Assembly (NCBI RefSeq): GCF_964188315.1
Contig: NC_135667.1
Span: forward strand, 25,606,001 to 25,670,000
DNA: 64,000 nucleotides
Direction: 5' to 3'
Source: Podarcis muralis
Lineage: Eukaryota
The translations under genes and the position numbers were made by a program. Below, piece after piece: positions 34,401-46,160 of this stretch. The stretch's first letter is position 1. Every line of letters starts with the position of its first letter. The notes under the pieces are model-generated. The model did no database searches and was not told the DNA's origin. It worked only from the letters and a program-made list of their open reading frames with translations.

Positions 34401-37400
34401 TGCTCTGTGGATTCTACCTCACCCAATGCACAGTGGCATAATCTCTGGTCATATGGGACTCCTCCATATCTTCCCTTCAGAACCGCCGAGTCAAGAACAT
34501 TCAGCCTAGCCACAGTAAATAGTCTGCGGTATTCCACGTAGTGGATATCCGCCAGGTAGCGAGCTGGAGCAGCCCGATACAACTGCTCCCCCCAAAACAA
34601 CCCAGGTTTCACACGGGCTATGTCCTCCTGTCTGGCAATATCCCTTAATCTTTGAGCGATCACCGCCTTTGCGTGGCTATACATCATGGACTCTATATAA
34701 AGGGAGGACAACCCGCACTTCTGCACTTCCTCCACTATCTCCCCTTCCCATGGAGATTTAAAGTTATCCCTCAGAATCAAGGGGGCCAAACCCACCGGTC
34801 TGAAACAGAGCTTGAGCCATAGCCATAACTTCACTTTCAGGGCCACATTCCTAAAGGCTTGACAACCGGTTTCCAATCTCATGATCACGCCTGCCACAGA
34901 GGGGGGGGGGGATCCTGAGTATGGGCCTGAGGAATTGGGTTTGGATAGATTGGGAAATAACATTAAACAGGTCAGTGTAGATCCAGCCCTGGACATTGTT
35001 GACCACTGAACTACAAATGGCTGTCAAGCAGGAGCTGGTTTCCTGAACTGCTTTTCAGTTGAGATGTCAAACATGCCCAGTGAAAGGCATTCCATTGTTG
35101 GTGGCTTTCCTGCAGAGAAGCAGCTTGCAAAAGTGCATTAAGCACAAAGCAGGATTGACACCTCTGCTGAACAACTGAAATGTGAATCTTGAGTGGTGTA
35201 TGCTTGCTTCTTTGCAAGCAACTTCTTCGCTGTCAAGCCACATGTAAAGCAGCCGGATTGGCAACTCTGCTGAGCAACCGTTCAGTGGAGGCCCTGATCG
35301 TACATGTGGCAGGGTGCTGCTATGCAAGAAGCTTGTCAGAGAATTGAACTCATGCTCCTAGTCTGGAGGTTGCTGGAGAGGAAAAGCAATACAGTGATAC
35401 CTCGGGTTAAGTACTAAATTCGTTCCGGAGGTCCATACTTAACCTGAAACTGTTCTTAACCTGAAGCACCACTTTAGCTATTGGAGGCTCCTGCTGCTGC
35501 CGCACCGCCGGAGCACGATTTCTGTTCTCATCCTGAAGCAAAGTTCTTAACCTGAAGCACTATTTCTGGGCTGGCGGAGTCTGTAACCTGAAGCATAAGT
35601 AACCCGAGGTACCATTGTAGTTCCTTCCTGCTTCCCCTTCCCGGTTACATGTTCATTAAAAATAAGTTCCTCCCTAAAATACTTCGGAACCAGGTTAAAG
35701 GTAGAGCAGGTGGTTAACCCTGATTCAAGAGCCCTGGATTGAGGTTTAGTATTGTATGTCAGTGCATAGCTCTGCACACTACAGAAGTATACTGATAATT
35801 CTTTTGCTATGTTGATAAATCCTCAGTAGTGCCAATCTGCATAAACACGGACTTGCAAATTGTAATTTCTCAGGGACCTGAATAGAATTAGGAATGCACT
35901 GCAGATGGAAGAGTGTTTTTTACTTTTTCCCGCTGTGCTGTGGTCCTGATAAAGTATAGAACACAAAACTCATGTTTCTAAAATTTACTGTACACTGTCA
36001 CATACCCTTCTTGTTAGAAATCATGTTTTCTGAGCACAGAGTGCAGTCATAGCAACAGGCTGGTTTTCCTTCTTGAACTATCTTACTGTGTCCAATATGG
36101 CAGCTTTCAACACATATGGAACGTGGTGGCACCTATTCATTAAAAAAAAGGGGGGGATAGAATGCATGAACCTTGTCCTCAAACATAGGCTAGCCCATCA
36201 CTTCTGTCCTTGCATGAAATCTGATGTGGTTAGGGTCTTTTTAGTGGTGGGTAATGGGGAAACAATGAAAGCAAACTATAAGGGATGTTTAAAGATATGT
36301 AGCAGCCTATATTCCTAATGCTTCACTGTGCTGCACATTTTTGATTTTTAAATATTCTGCTGGGAGCTATGACTTCCTAGAGAGTGCATATAGCCCCACA
36401 CTTTCACTCTTTTATTAATTACCATACACAGCTTTTTTTTACTATTGCTCTGATAAGAAGCACTATATGCCACCTGTTCTGCACTACAGCTCTAACACTA
36501 GGAGCTAATCAAGTTTGCCATTTGGTTGTGTGCTGAGCCCTGAAACCCACCCCATGGAAATAAAGACACAGTGAAGACAGAATTTAGTTTAAAGGTTAAT
36601 GGGCAAATTTAGGCCACAACTTTATTGAATACACAAGTGTGACTGGTATTGGCTTAGGCATTGGTATCTAATGACTATAGCAGGCTCCTGCTAACCCAGC
36701 AGGGAACCTGCAGGGGTAAACTACCAGCAGAGGGAACTCCATCAATGTATATTGACTGGAGCTCACCCCTGGGCTTCCCGGGGGGTCCTGGCATGGCCCT
36801 AGCCCCTCCCTGGGCTTTGGACGAGATCCAGACCCCAGATTCCTTTAACGGAATACCCTATCAAAATGGCGGGGCAGGTGATGGCCGCACATCCCCTCCC
36901 CACATCCCCTTAAACCGTTGCTTAACTGTCAAACCTTACAAAGTTGTGACGATTGCTAAGAGGTAGGCAAAAACCAAGTGGCCACAGCCAATCTGCCACA
37001 TTGGGGGAAATTCCTACCTGGCCCCCGTTCCAAAACAGGCGACCAACTGAAGTCCAAAGCAAGGCCAGACATGACCTAACTAACAGGTGGGAGGGCGGGT
37101 GTTCGGCAGCACAAAGCAAGAGGAGGTCCCCACGTCGTGCTGCCTATTAAATACCCCCAACCCTTGTCACATCGCCGATTGGCCAAGCTGGTTGGGGGGA
37201 GTCCCAGGGTAACATGGACCCTCTGTTAAGAGGATCCAACTTCCCTGAGCAAGCAAGAGGCCAAAGTCCTGTCAGCTAGAAACCTGACAGGCTCCCAGTT
37301 GCATGCAGCAGTGGAAGTGCAACCCAGTCTGCTGCTAAAAACCAGTGAACTTGGATTTGTGTGATATTTTATTACCCCAGTCAAGCTCTGGGAGGCTCAG

Positions 37401-40400
37401 AAATTAGTAAAGAGAAATTATAAACTGAAGGGTCTGCAGCAGGAGTGCAAAATGGCACAGACAGCAGCTCCATTCCATCAAGATACACAATTTCTTCCTA
37501 CCTGCTTTAATCTCTGATTCCATACAATGACATTTTCCATAATGCTGAACATTTGGCTTGGCAAAACCTTTCCAACTAAGACTTTGATGTAGGACTCATT
37601 GGGGAAAATGACCCAGTTGATGATATCATACCCAATGGACAATTCCTTGTTCTCAAACAAGACTTCATGGGCAGCTCCATTGTTAAAATGGATGTTTTCC
37701 AGGAAAAGGTGGAGCTAGATTGGGAGACAGCACACCACCTTTTATAAAATGGCATCCGTAGTTACTGTGTACATTCAATATTCCAATTACAAAAAAAATT
37801 CAAAATTGGACCTGAAGTGAAGCACAGAGGATTCAAATTCATAAGATTTCTGTCACTTTATCTCCACATAATTCTCAAAAATCTACAGTGAATGAGAGTT
37901 AGTTTGTTCTTCCTGCTGAGTTCCTGTTTGCACAGGCTCAATCTCTATGTTGAAAATCTGTTTAGACATGACCGCATTTCACTGGTGTCAAAATTTGATA
38001 TCTAGTCTGCCTTCTGTTCTGAACAAAGAAGGGTGGGCAAGGAATATATGTTTCTAAGCAAGTGTCCAATGACAAGCAGTGGTGGTGGGGATATGCCCAT
38101 TCAGTTTCATATCCCTGTCTCTTTTTCTGGTGTTTTGATATGTTGCAATGTTGTGTTATGCCATGCTAACCATGGTAGCCACTTTGTGACTGGTGTCCAA
38201 GGCATGATCTCAAATTTCCAAATAGACAACACCAGCCTCAGTGCTTTTTTCCAGTGGAGAACACCATTCCAGGAACTATTTTTTTCCGGGTGGCAATGGC
38301 CATGGTAGGTTTCTTCATCTGGGTGGCAGTTCTCCAGTAGTTTTGTGTGTGAGAGACAGAGCATCAAACAGCTAACTGCTCAGTCTTGACATCAGGTCAC
38401 ACCCCTCCACCATGCACTGGCCCCTCCCCATGTCTGTGCCCCTACCACCACATTTTAATGTCAATAGTGCCCCTTCTTTCTCAGAAAAAAGCACTGCTCA
38501 GCCTTAAAGTGATTACACTTTACCTGCCATGGCTGGACTTCTACATGCTCAAGTCTGCCTTTAGGCAACATAACTCTTTGTCTGGAAAAGTATATGGCAT
38601 GCAAAGCATGTGCCACAGCATAGACAGCATTATAGATACTGTAGCTCTCACCAGACATTTCCATTTCAAAAATCCTTATAGGAAGTTCCTCCAAATTCTC
38701 CTCTCCTCTACAGCTTCCACACAGTTTAAATGCAGCTTTCCACGGCAAACAGAGAAACATCTCTAAAGTGTCATCAAGCTTGACATTCCGAAGAAATTCC
38801 TTGAATTTTGGCATTGCATTTGTGTGGACTGAGAAAGAAAAGGCACCAAAGAAAATGTTTCTGCCATTCAATTCTCCACTTAGTTTGCTGGAAAGATCCC
38901 ACTGAAGAGGCATTATCCAAACCTTTCCTAACTTGCTCATCACATTGATTTCAATTGTTTCCATCAACTGTATTAAAATATTAAGCAACAATACATCCAT
39001 TCTGAGAACAATCACATTGGCATCAGCTGAAGCAAGTGTTTGCATCAACACTGTGATTCTTACAATGCAATCCAATTGCATGTGATTGTTAAGAATATAG
39101 TTAGTTACTGTTTCTCTTTTCAAGAAGGCAACACATATTTTGTTCTGGGCAAGCAAAGGAGTCAGTTTCTGCACAAAGATTTCCCCAGCATCATCATCAG
39201 ATACAATTAGGCCAATCCATGTCCATCTGAAATGCCAAAATAGCTGGATGATCCCCATATGATAGGTAGTTTCCCTTGGTGCCATCCGGTACAAAAAAGG
39301 GAAATCACTTTTGCCACTTACTGTAGCTTCAAATGAACCGAAAGTGAGCTAACAAACAAATAAGAAACAAAAGAACTCTGCCTTAATAAGCAACTGCATC
39401 CAAGAACACCTTTCATGTGGTCACACATTACATTCAGCAAGGCTACAATCTGCATATTTCTATATGGAAATACGGTAGTTCAGAAATACATTCATACCAT
39501 TAATCACATTAAATTTTCAATCAGAGCGCCATCTGTAAACTATACAATAATATCTGTAAGAATAGAACAGGTGCCACACTAATATGCTTATTTTCATGTA
39601 CAGGCACCTAAAAGTAGGGTTTTTATTTTCTGTTCTTTTTGGCTGACAATTTATTTCTTCAGCTAGAAATGTTTTACATACCTCAACTCAAAAGTATTTC
39701 AACACTTCTGTTAAATGACCTTTCAATGCTATAGTTAGTCGATAGAATGTGTAGATAAAGGAAAAGCCAGATCTCCTACATAATCGTGTTTTATTGAGGA
39801 TGTATTCTGTATTCATATGAAACCATTGCTGAATTTTGCATGAGGAGCTTGTTAGCAGCTAAATATTTTCCTGTTACATTTAGTCTTGGTGCAACACAGA
39901 TAGCCCAAATTTATTTGTTGTAGTTGCTCATTAATTTAGGTAATCTAAATCTATGGTTTTAAATGGCTCTAGTTTGAATGTAACGAAGAGCAAATATGAC
40001 CATTATTAAGTGTTAATTTATGTGTTGAAGTTTAGTTTTTAATCAGTATTCCAACTCAGTGTCATTAACCATTAATTACTTCCACTTTTGAGAAACAACT
40101 TCTGATTTTTTTCATACTCTTTTTATGAAAAAGGGAGATTGATAGAGCATAATTGAAAAGCAAGTGGACATCATCCATACGAAGCTTGAGTGTGCATACC
40201 TGTGGGATCTTGTAGTTGCTTAAAATGGTAGACATCTGCTTGGAATATTCTGAAGTGAGTCCCCCAATAACAGATAATACATTTTTCCTGTCACACTTGT
40301 AATTGGGCATACTATTTCTCTGCTTGAAAAGTAGATCCAGAACGGATTGGAAGGTTCTTTTTAAATTATATAAATTGTTGAAGATATGGAACCCCAGGGT

Positions 40401-41659
40401 GATATTGGGCAAGAGCTGAGGGTTGTCATTGATCTCACGAATGGCAAAAATCAAGGCGAAAACATGTTGATAATATTTGAAGTTTGTGCTGCAATGAGGT
40501 TCACATTGAGATTTATAAAGGTGAGTTTGGGATTGTTCAATTTGCTATTAGCAGCACAGGTTTGTTTGGTTTTTAAAATTGCTGCTGGATAACTTTCTAC
40601 TAGCTGGAGTAAGGGAGGTTAAGATGAATGTATTTTGGTTCAGTATCTGAGATCATAATTGTTCAGTTGAGTCAGACAGAGAGGGAACAGGTAGAGTAAG
40701 TCATTGTAAACCCAGGGCAGATGCAGCCAGATTTTATCCCATTGATTAGCTGTTTGCCTTTGGATCAGTGGGACATAATATATTAACATTACATAGTTCT
40801 TGCCAGTGGAGCAGCCAGTTTCGAGTGGGGAAAGCTATGCAGGGTACTCAGTGGCGTAGCGTGGGTTGTCAGCACCCGGGGCAAGGCAAGTAATTTGCGC
40901 CCCCTAACCCGTGGATTTGCGCCCCCTAACCTGTGGATTTGCCCTAACCCCAGATGTTGCGCCCGGTGCGGCCAGCCCCCCCTGCACCCCCCACGCTACG
41001 CCACTGAGGGTACTCCCTTGTACCTCTTTCTCTTCCTGCCTGGTATATTTCCCTGGTGATTCATGCATACACTATGCATAACATGCAGTGAGAAGGCAGT
41101 GAATTGGCTCAGCTTTCATTCTTTCCTTTCTTTTTAGGTGGGGGCATATATAATGGGACACAACATTATAAAGTGGGCTGCTTTGAAGTGCTTTCCCTAG
41201 AAAAAACCGGGGGGTGGGGAGCTCAAAATCCCACCCCATTACAGGGAATCTTTTGGACATTGCTCCATACAGGTGACAGGATTTTGACCAATAACCCACA
41301 TTTTCTAAGGGACACGTCAGTTATGAAAAGGAACACTTTGTGGCATTCCAGAGGAATTTCTGCCATGCAGTTGTTGGCAAATCTAACATTGTCAACCAGG
41401 ATTAGAAATAGACAAAACTGTACAAAACTTACAAACCAATATCGTGATTTCTGTCTGGAACATCTTTAAAATCAAGTAAATAAACCCACTGTTGTTTTAG
41501 AGAAACAACCCCACCAATGATTACTTCTCCAGGCTTATACAAATGTTCTTGGGTGTTTCTGCATTCTCCCGTCATTTCCTTACAGGCAAAAGGTGGGGTC
41601 TGTAGCTGCCACAACAACAGCAACAGCAAGCACCAGCATTTACGTACATGCCTTCCCAT
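31475..41659 (-). CDS. V2R gene 2, intact, 861 aa
   Basis: Exons 41659-41433, 40488-40200, 39348-38524, 37714-37502, 36132-36006 and 32379-31475. GT/AG sites, 2586 nt total, no stops found. Confidence 0.92.
33693..35000 (-). mobile_element. 5'-truncated RTE-X-like LINE (C-terminal ORF2 plus 3' UTR) in V2R-2 intron 5
   Basis: [37 protein letters not shown] is homologous to the C-terminus of the 13236 LINE. aataaa plus (attg)n tail at ~33693-33717. Confidence 0.85.
33773..34134 (-). mobile_element. Sauria SINE nested in the LINE 3' UTR
   Basis: Full head and (accttt)n tail; 11 bp TSD ataacatcata on both sides. Confidence 0.92.
35392..35617. mobile_element. Tigger-like MITE (242 bp family, slightly deleted)
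   Basis: TA|cagtgatacctcgggtt ... gaggtaccattg|TA. Confidence 0.88.
36530..37290 (-). mobile_element. Probable solo LTR in V2R-2 intron 4; boundaries approximate
   Basis: GC-richer block absent from the paralogous introns. On the minus strand CCAAT (~37183), TATA-like tatttaata (~37150) and aataaa (~36625) occur in LTR order. No TSD identified. Confidence 0.45.
40849..41006. mobile_element. 158 bp hAT-type MITE in V2R-2 intron 1
   Basis: Perfect 17 bp TIR cagtggcgtagcgtggg / cccacgctacgccactg; perfect 8 bp TSD agggtact. Confidence 0.92.
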
Positions 41660-42269
41660 AACAGCATGAATGCTTCACCATACACACAGTGAGAACAGTA
41701 GGTGGTGATTTTATCTTTCATGCATATATCACCATACGTCCAGCTCTAAGAGGCACAGTGTAACTAGCACTCAAAGGAATTAAGCCTTTACCCACCCTTG
41801 GTTTCTTTTATTTAATTCTTTGTTGTATTTTTTGGTTACATATGAATAATAGTGTTTTGCATAATTACAGAGCAGGTAAATACCTCCCCAAATTGGTGCA
41901 TTCTCTGCTTGTGGGAAATAGCGAAAAAAATTCACAGACACAGCCAAGGTACCACCTGCTTCACTGTGAGGCTGTCTGAACACGGTTGGTTCTCCTTACA
42001 ATATTGAGTTCAGGGATGAGGAGTTTGTGGTGTTCCAGATGCTGTTCACCTACAACTACCATCATCCCTGACTAATAGTCATGCTGGCTGGGGTGGATGG
42101 GTGTTGCAGTCCCACAACATCTGCAGTACAGGAGATTGTCCATCACTGATATAGAAAGCATTCCTATAGCAAGATCCACTGGGATCTTGTATCCAATCCC
42201 ACTGCCCAATACTTATGTCCCTCTAAGGACTTTGGGGGTAGGATTTAGACTGGATTCTATTTGGATTCA

Positions 42270-42631
42270 GGGGTGGCGCTGTGGGTAAAAGCCTCTGTGC
42301 CTAGGGCTTGCCGATCGAAAGGTCGGCGGTTTGAATCCCCGCGGCGGGGTGCGCTCCCGTTGCTCGGTCCCAGCGCCTGCCAACCTAGCAGTTCGAAAGC
42401 ACCCCCGGGTGCAAGTAGATAAATAGGGACCGCTTTCTAGCGGGAAGGTAAACGGCGTTTCCGTGTGTGCTGCGCTGGCTCGCCAGAGCAACGATGTCAC
42501 GCTGGCCACATGACCCGGAAGTGTCTGCGGACAGCGCTGGCCCCCGGCCTCTTGAGTGAGATGGGCGCACAACCCCAGAGTCTGGCAAGACTGGCCCGTA
42601 CGGGCAGGGGTACCTTTACCTTTACCTTTAC
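42270..42631 (+). mobile_element. Sauria SINE
   Basis: ggggtggcgctgtggg head and (accttt)n tail; same subfamily as 30315 and 33773. Confidence 0.92.
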
Positions 42632-43190
42632 AGTCAAGTGACCTGGCAACCTGCTGTCTGTTAAATCAGCAAAAAGGGTGGCGTAACTCAAATACTATCT
42701 TGAAGTTTTGTTTTCCCTCTGCAATGCTCAGGCTGGCTCAGCCAACAGTAGTATCCTTTCCTGGCAAGCCCCTTTGTATCTAGTGTACTGTATGCAGGTT
42801 ACCTTATGCTGTGCTTGCTTTACACCAGTTTCTTGGACATAAGATCATTGCCTTACATTAATTATTTACTGACCATAAGAAAAGATTACCTTATCCCAAA
42901 TAAATGGGAATATCATGCAGGAATAGTAATGGGATTTACATCCAGCAGATGCCAACACAGAGTCTGCAATTTCACACATCAGTAATTTTAACCAGACTGG
43001 AATTGAGCAGAGGCAAACCTCATGGGACTCCACTCCAGTCTTTTGGAATTTTCTCTGATGAGAACTGAGCAGTTAGGAGTTTGAAGCAACAGGTGTTTTT
43101 TATTGTATTTTATTGGCAAAAGAGTGAAGCTGTGCAAAAGTGTGATGATGGTATGTCTCAAGTCCAATATTGCTCCAATGAATATCATTG

Positions 43191-43262
43191 AATCATAGAG
43201 TTGGAATAGACCACAAGGGCCATCGAGTCCAACCCCCTGCCAAGCAGGAAACACCATCAGAA
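43191..43262 (-). mobile_element. CR1-type 3' tip present only in duplication copy A
   Basis: Minus strand gatggtgtttcctgcttggcagggggttggactcgatggcccttgtggtctattccaactctatgatt; absent at the paralogous site ~53572. Confidence 0.75.
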
Positions 43263-46077
43263 CAAACGTTTTCATTGGAAAATGTTTTTCATTAAACTGT
43301 GGGTGTTGGTGGTGATAAAAAAGCTCCTCTCTTTTTCAAACTTCTTTTGCAGGCCATCATAATTATACCCCCCCCCCCCAGACATTAACTGAGAATATTG
43401 GGGGTGGGGACAAGGATAAGCGCATCACCTCCATCCTATACAGAGCTGATTCTATCACTTTACATTTCATACAGGTAAACTGTTTGCACTGATGAGTCTC
43501 TACTTGTTGTGGAAGATCAATACATATCATCTATATATCCAAAAGATGAAAATAATAACAATCATATATACCAAACTTAAAAAGAAAACAATTATTCTTT
43601 GGATGTTTGTGACCAACCATGGCAGTTAGAACGGCTTGCCTCATTGCCCAGAGCATGAAAAGGCAGATATGGGGTGCAATGGAGGCTCTTTTCCTACCAC
43701 AAGTCAGCCAAGCTCACCTGTGCTCCGGGAGACCTGAGTGGGGGAGGGGGGCACAATTAAGAAAATGTGGCTACGTCCTCACAAGGTGGGCAGCAGCTCA
43801 GCTCTGTTGGTGGCCAGGAAGGGCCCCCCATCATTAGAGGAGATCCCCAGGGGCCAGTAGATAAAGCTGTATCTTTGAACAGTGAGAATGGATAATTCTA
43901 ATTATAGTACATGGTAACACAGGCTTCATTTCATTCTAGTATGAATTTATTGGTTAACCTGACACCTAAACTATGATATGGTTTCCTTGTCCGAATGGCT
44001 TAACAATTGACAGTTATTAGCCAACATGCAGTTACACAGTTTACTAAGTTCAGTAAAAAAGTCTATATTGGAACCCGCCCCTCCGGGGCGGGGGGGGGGG
44101 GACATGTAGCAAACAAAAACTAATCAGTCATTTCCTTTTTTTTGTTAGCACCATCTTAGTATTGAAATCAGCCCTGAAAATAATGATGTAACATTTGGGG
44201 AGGAAGATGCAAGCCAATAGCCCAGTATTTGAGGCCAAGATGGCAAAAAGCTCCACAGCCACGATATATTTTCCCTTGGTGCTTAGGTAACCTGGGATAA
44301 AGGAGATCCAAACACTGCAAAACACCAGCATGCTGAAGGTGATAAATTTTGCTTCATTGAAAGTGTCAGGCAATTTTCTGGCTAAGAAAGCAACAGTGAA
44401 GCTGATCATGGCTAGAAAACCCATGTAGCCCAAGACACAATAGAACATGGTGATGGAACCTTCATTGCATTCTAGTATGATCTTCCCAGTCTGTGAGTGC
44501 ATGTCAACATCTGGGAATGGTGGAGAGGACAACAACCATGCAATACAAATACACACTTGTTGGAGGGAGCAGAAAAAAACAATGGAAGTAGCCACTTTTG
44601 GGCCCAGCCATGTCCTGATCCTGTTGCCTGGCTTTGTGGCCAAAAAGGCCAGGACCACAAGGATTGTTTTTGCCAACACACAAGAAACTGCCACAGAGAA
44701 AATGATGCCAAAAGTCATTTGTCGAAGAAGGCAGGACAGCTTCCCAGGTTTGCCAATGAAGAGCAAACAAGAAAGATAGCACAACAGGATGGAAATAAGA
44801 AGAACACAACTGAGGTTCTGGTTGTTGGCTTTGACAATGGGCGTGTTCCAATTCTTTAGGAAGGTTTGTATCACAAAACAAGTGATCACAGTAAAGGAAA
44901 GAGCAACACCAACCAAAACAATCCCCAAGGGCTCTTGATAGGACAGGAAAGATATAACCTTAGGGATACACTGGTCATGGTTCTCATTTGGATAGTGATC
45001 TCCTGGGCACTTGACACAATGAGTTGCATCTGAAAGGAATTAATAGGATATATCATATAAATGACAGCTTTTATGCAGAAGGGAAGAAATGGCGTAATGT
45101 TTAATTAATACTGGACAAAAATGGCTCAATCCACATGTTTATACTAAGCAAATTCCCTTCTCTGATATTTCATTTTAAGAAAGAGTAGGAAGGATTATTT
45201 GCCCAATTTCTGTCTTCAGCAAAGAAGAGAGAGTGGAGCAACATCTCTTTCCTCTGGTGGTTGTATGCTAATTAAAGTAAGACCTACCTACAAACTAGTT
45301 CAGAATAGGTCCAGGTTAACCTCTGGTTTAGCCCAGGGTTGGTTGCCCTGGATAGAGACTCCTAGATTCTCTTTCTGGGGGACAGGGGATGGGTAGGTAT
45401 TGGGGACTCCTTGGTTCTATATGTATATATTTCTCTCTATGTTGAGAAATCCTCTGTTCTCTGGATAACCTGGTGTCAGCCTATATAAACTCTGTCTTGC
45501 AGTATGTGAATCTTTAAAAATTGCAAATTGTAATTCCTTGGGGGCCTGCATAGGTTTAGGAATGTACGGCACAATAAGGAGCTTTTTGCCCTCTCCTGGT
45601 CCTGACAAAGTATATAAAAACATGAAACACATATTTGACCCCCCCCCCATGTCCTGCCACATACCCTTCTCGTTGGAAATCATGTTTTCTGAGCATGCAG
45701 TGCAGTCATAACAACAGAGTGGTTTTCCTTCTTGAACTATCTTGCTCTGTCCAATATGGCAGCTTTCAACACATGTGGAATGTGGTGGCACCTATTCATA
45801 AAAAAATGTGTGAGTCCAACCATACTTACCTCAGGAATCCAGGCTTCCTACAGCTCTGGTCTCCTTTTATAGCTTTGACACAGACCAAAGGAGCACAATT
45901 TACTCTCTGTTCTGTGCCCTGGCTGTACTCCTAGGAGCTAGTCAAGAGAGCTCATTGGCTCCCAGAGCAAGCAGAGGCCCAAGCCCTGCCAGCCAGGAAG
46001 GAGCCCGGTTTCCAGCTGCTTACTGCAATAAATGAGCAACTCTGTCTGCTGTGGAGAAACACTGAACCTGAATATGA

Positions 46078-46160
46078 ACAAGGTGAGTCCATTAAAAGAG
46101 GCTCTGTGGATACAGAGTACACATGTTCCACGGGGCCTCTTTTAAAAGACTCACCCTGTA
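46078..46160. mobile_element. ~83 bp hairpin mini-MITE (mariner-like) in V2R intron 4; second copy at 57957-58041
   Basis: Arms ggtgagtcc(a/t)ttaaaagaggctctgtgga / tccac(a/g)gggcctcttttaaaagactcacc, ending ccctg-TA. Confidence 0.65.

Noticed and set aside
35010-35340. GC-richer segment between the LINE and MITE
   Set aside because: No TIR, TSD, tail or coding signal that I could identify; left unclassified.
45417-45664. Long read-through of V2R exon 5 into intron 5 as an alternative secreted C-terminus (also 57333-57556)
   Set aside because: A good GT donor is present at the conserved 127 nt boundary, and the extension has no conserved counterpart in genes 1 and 2.
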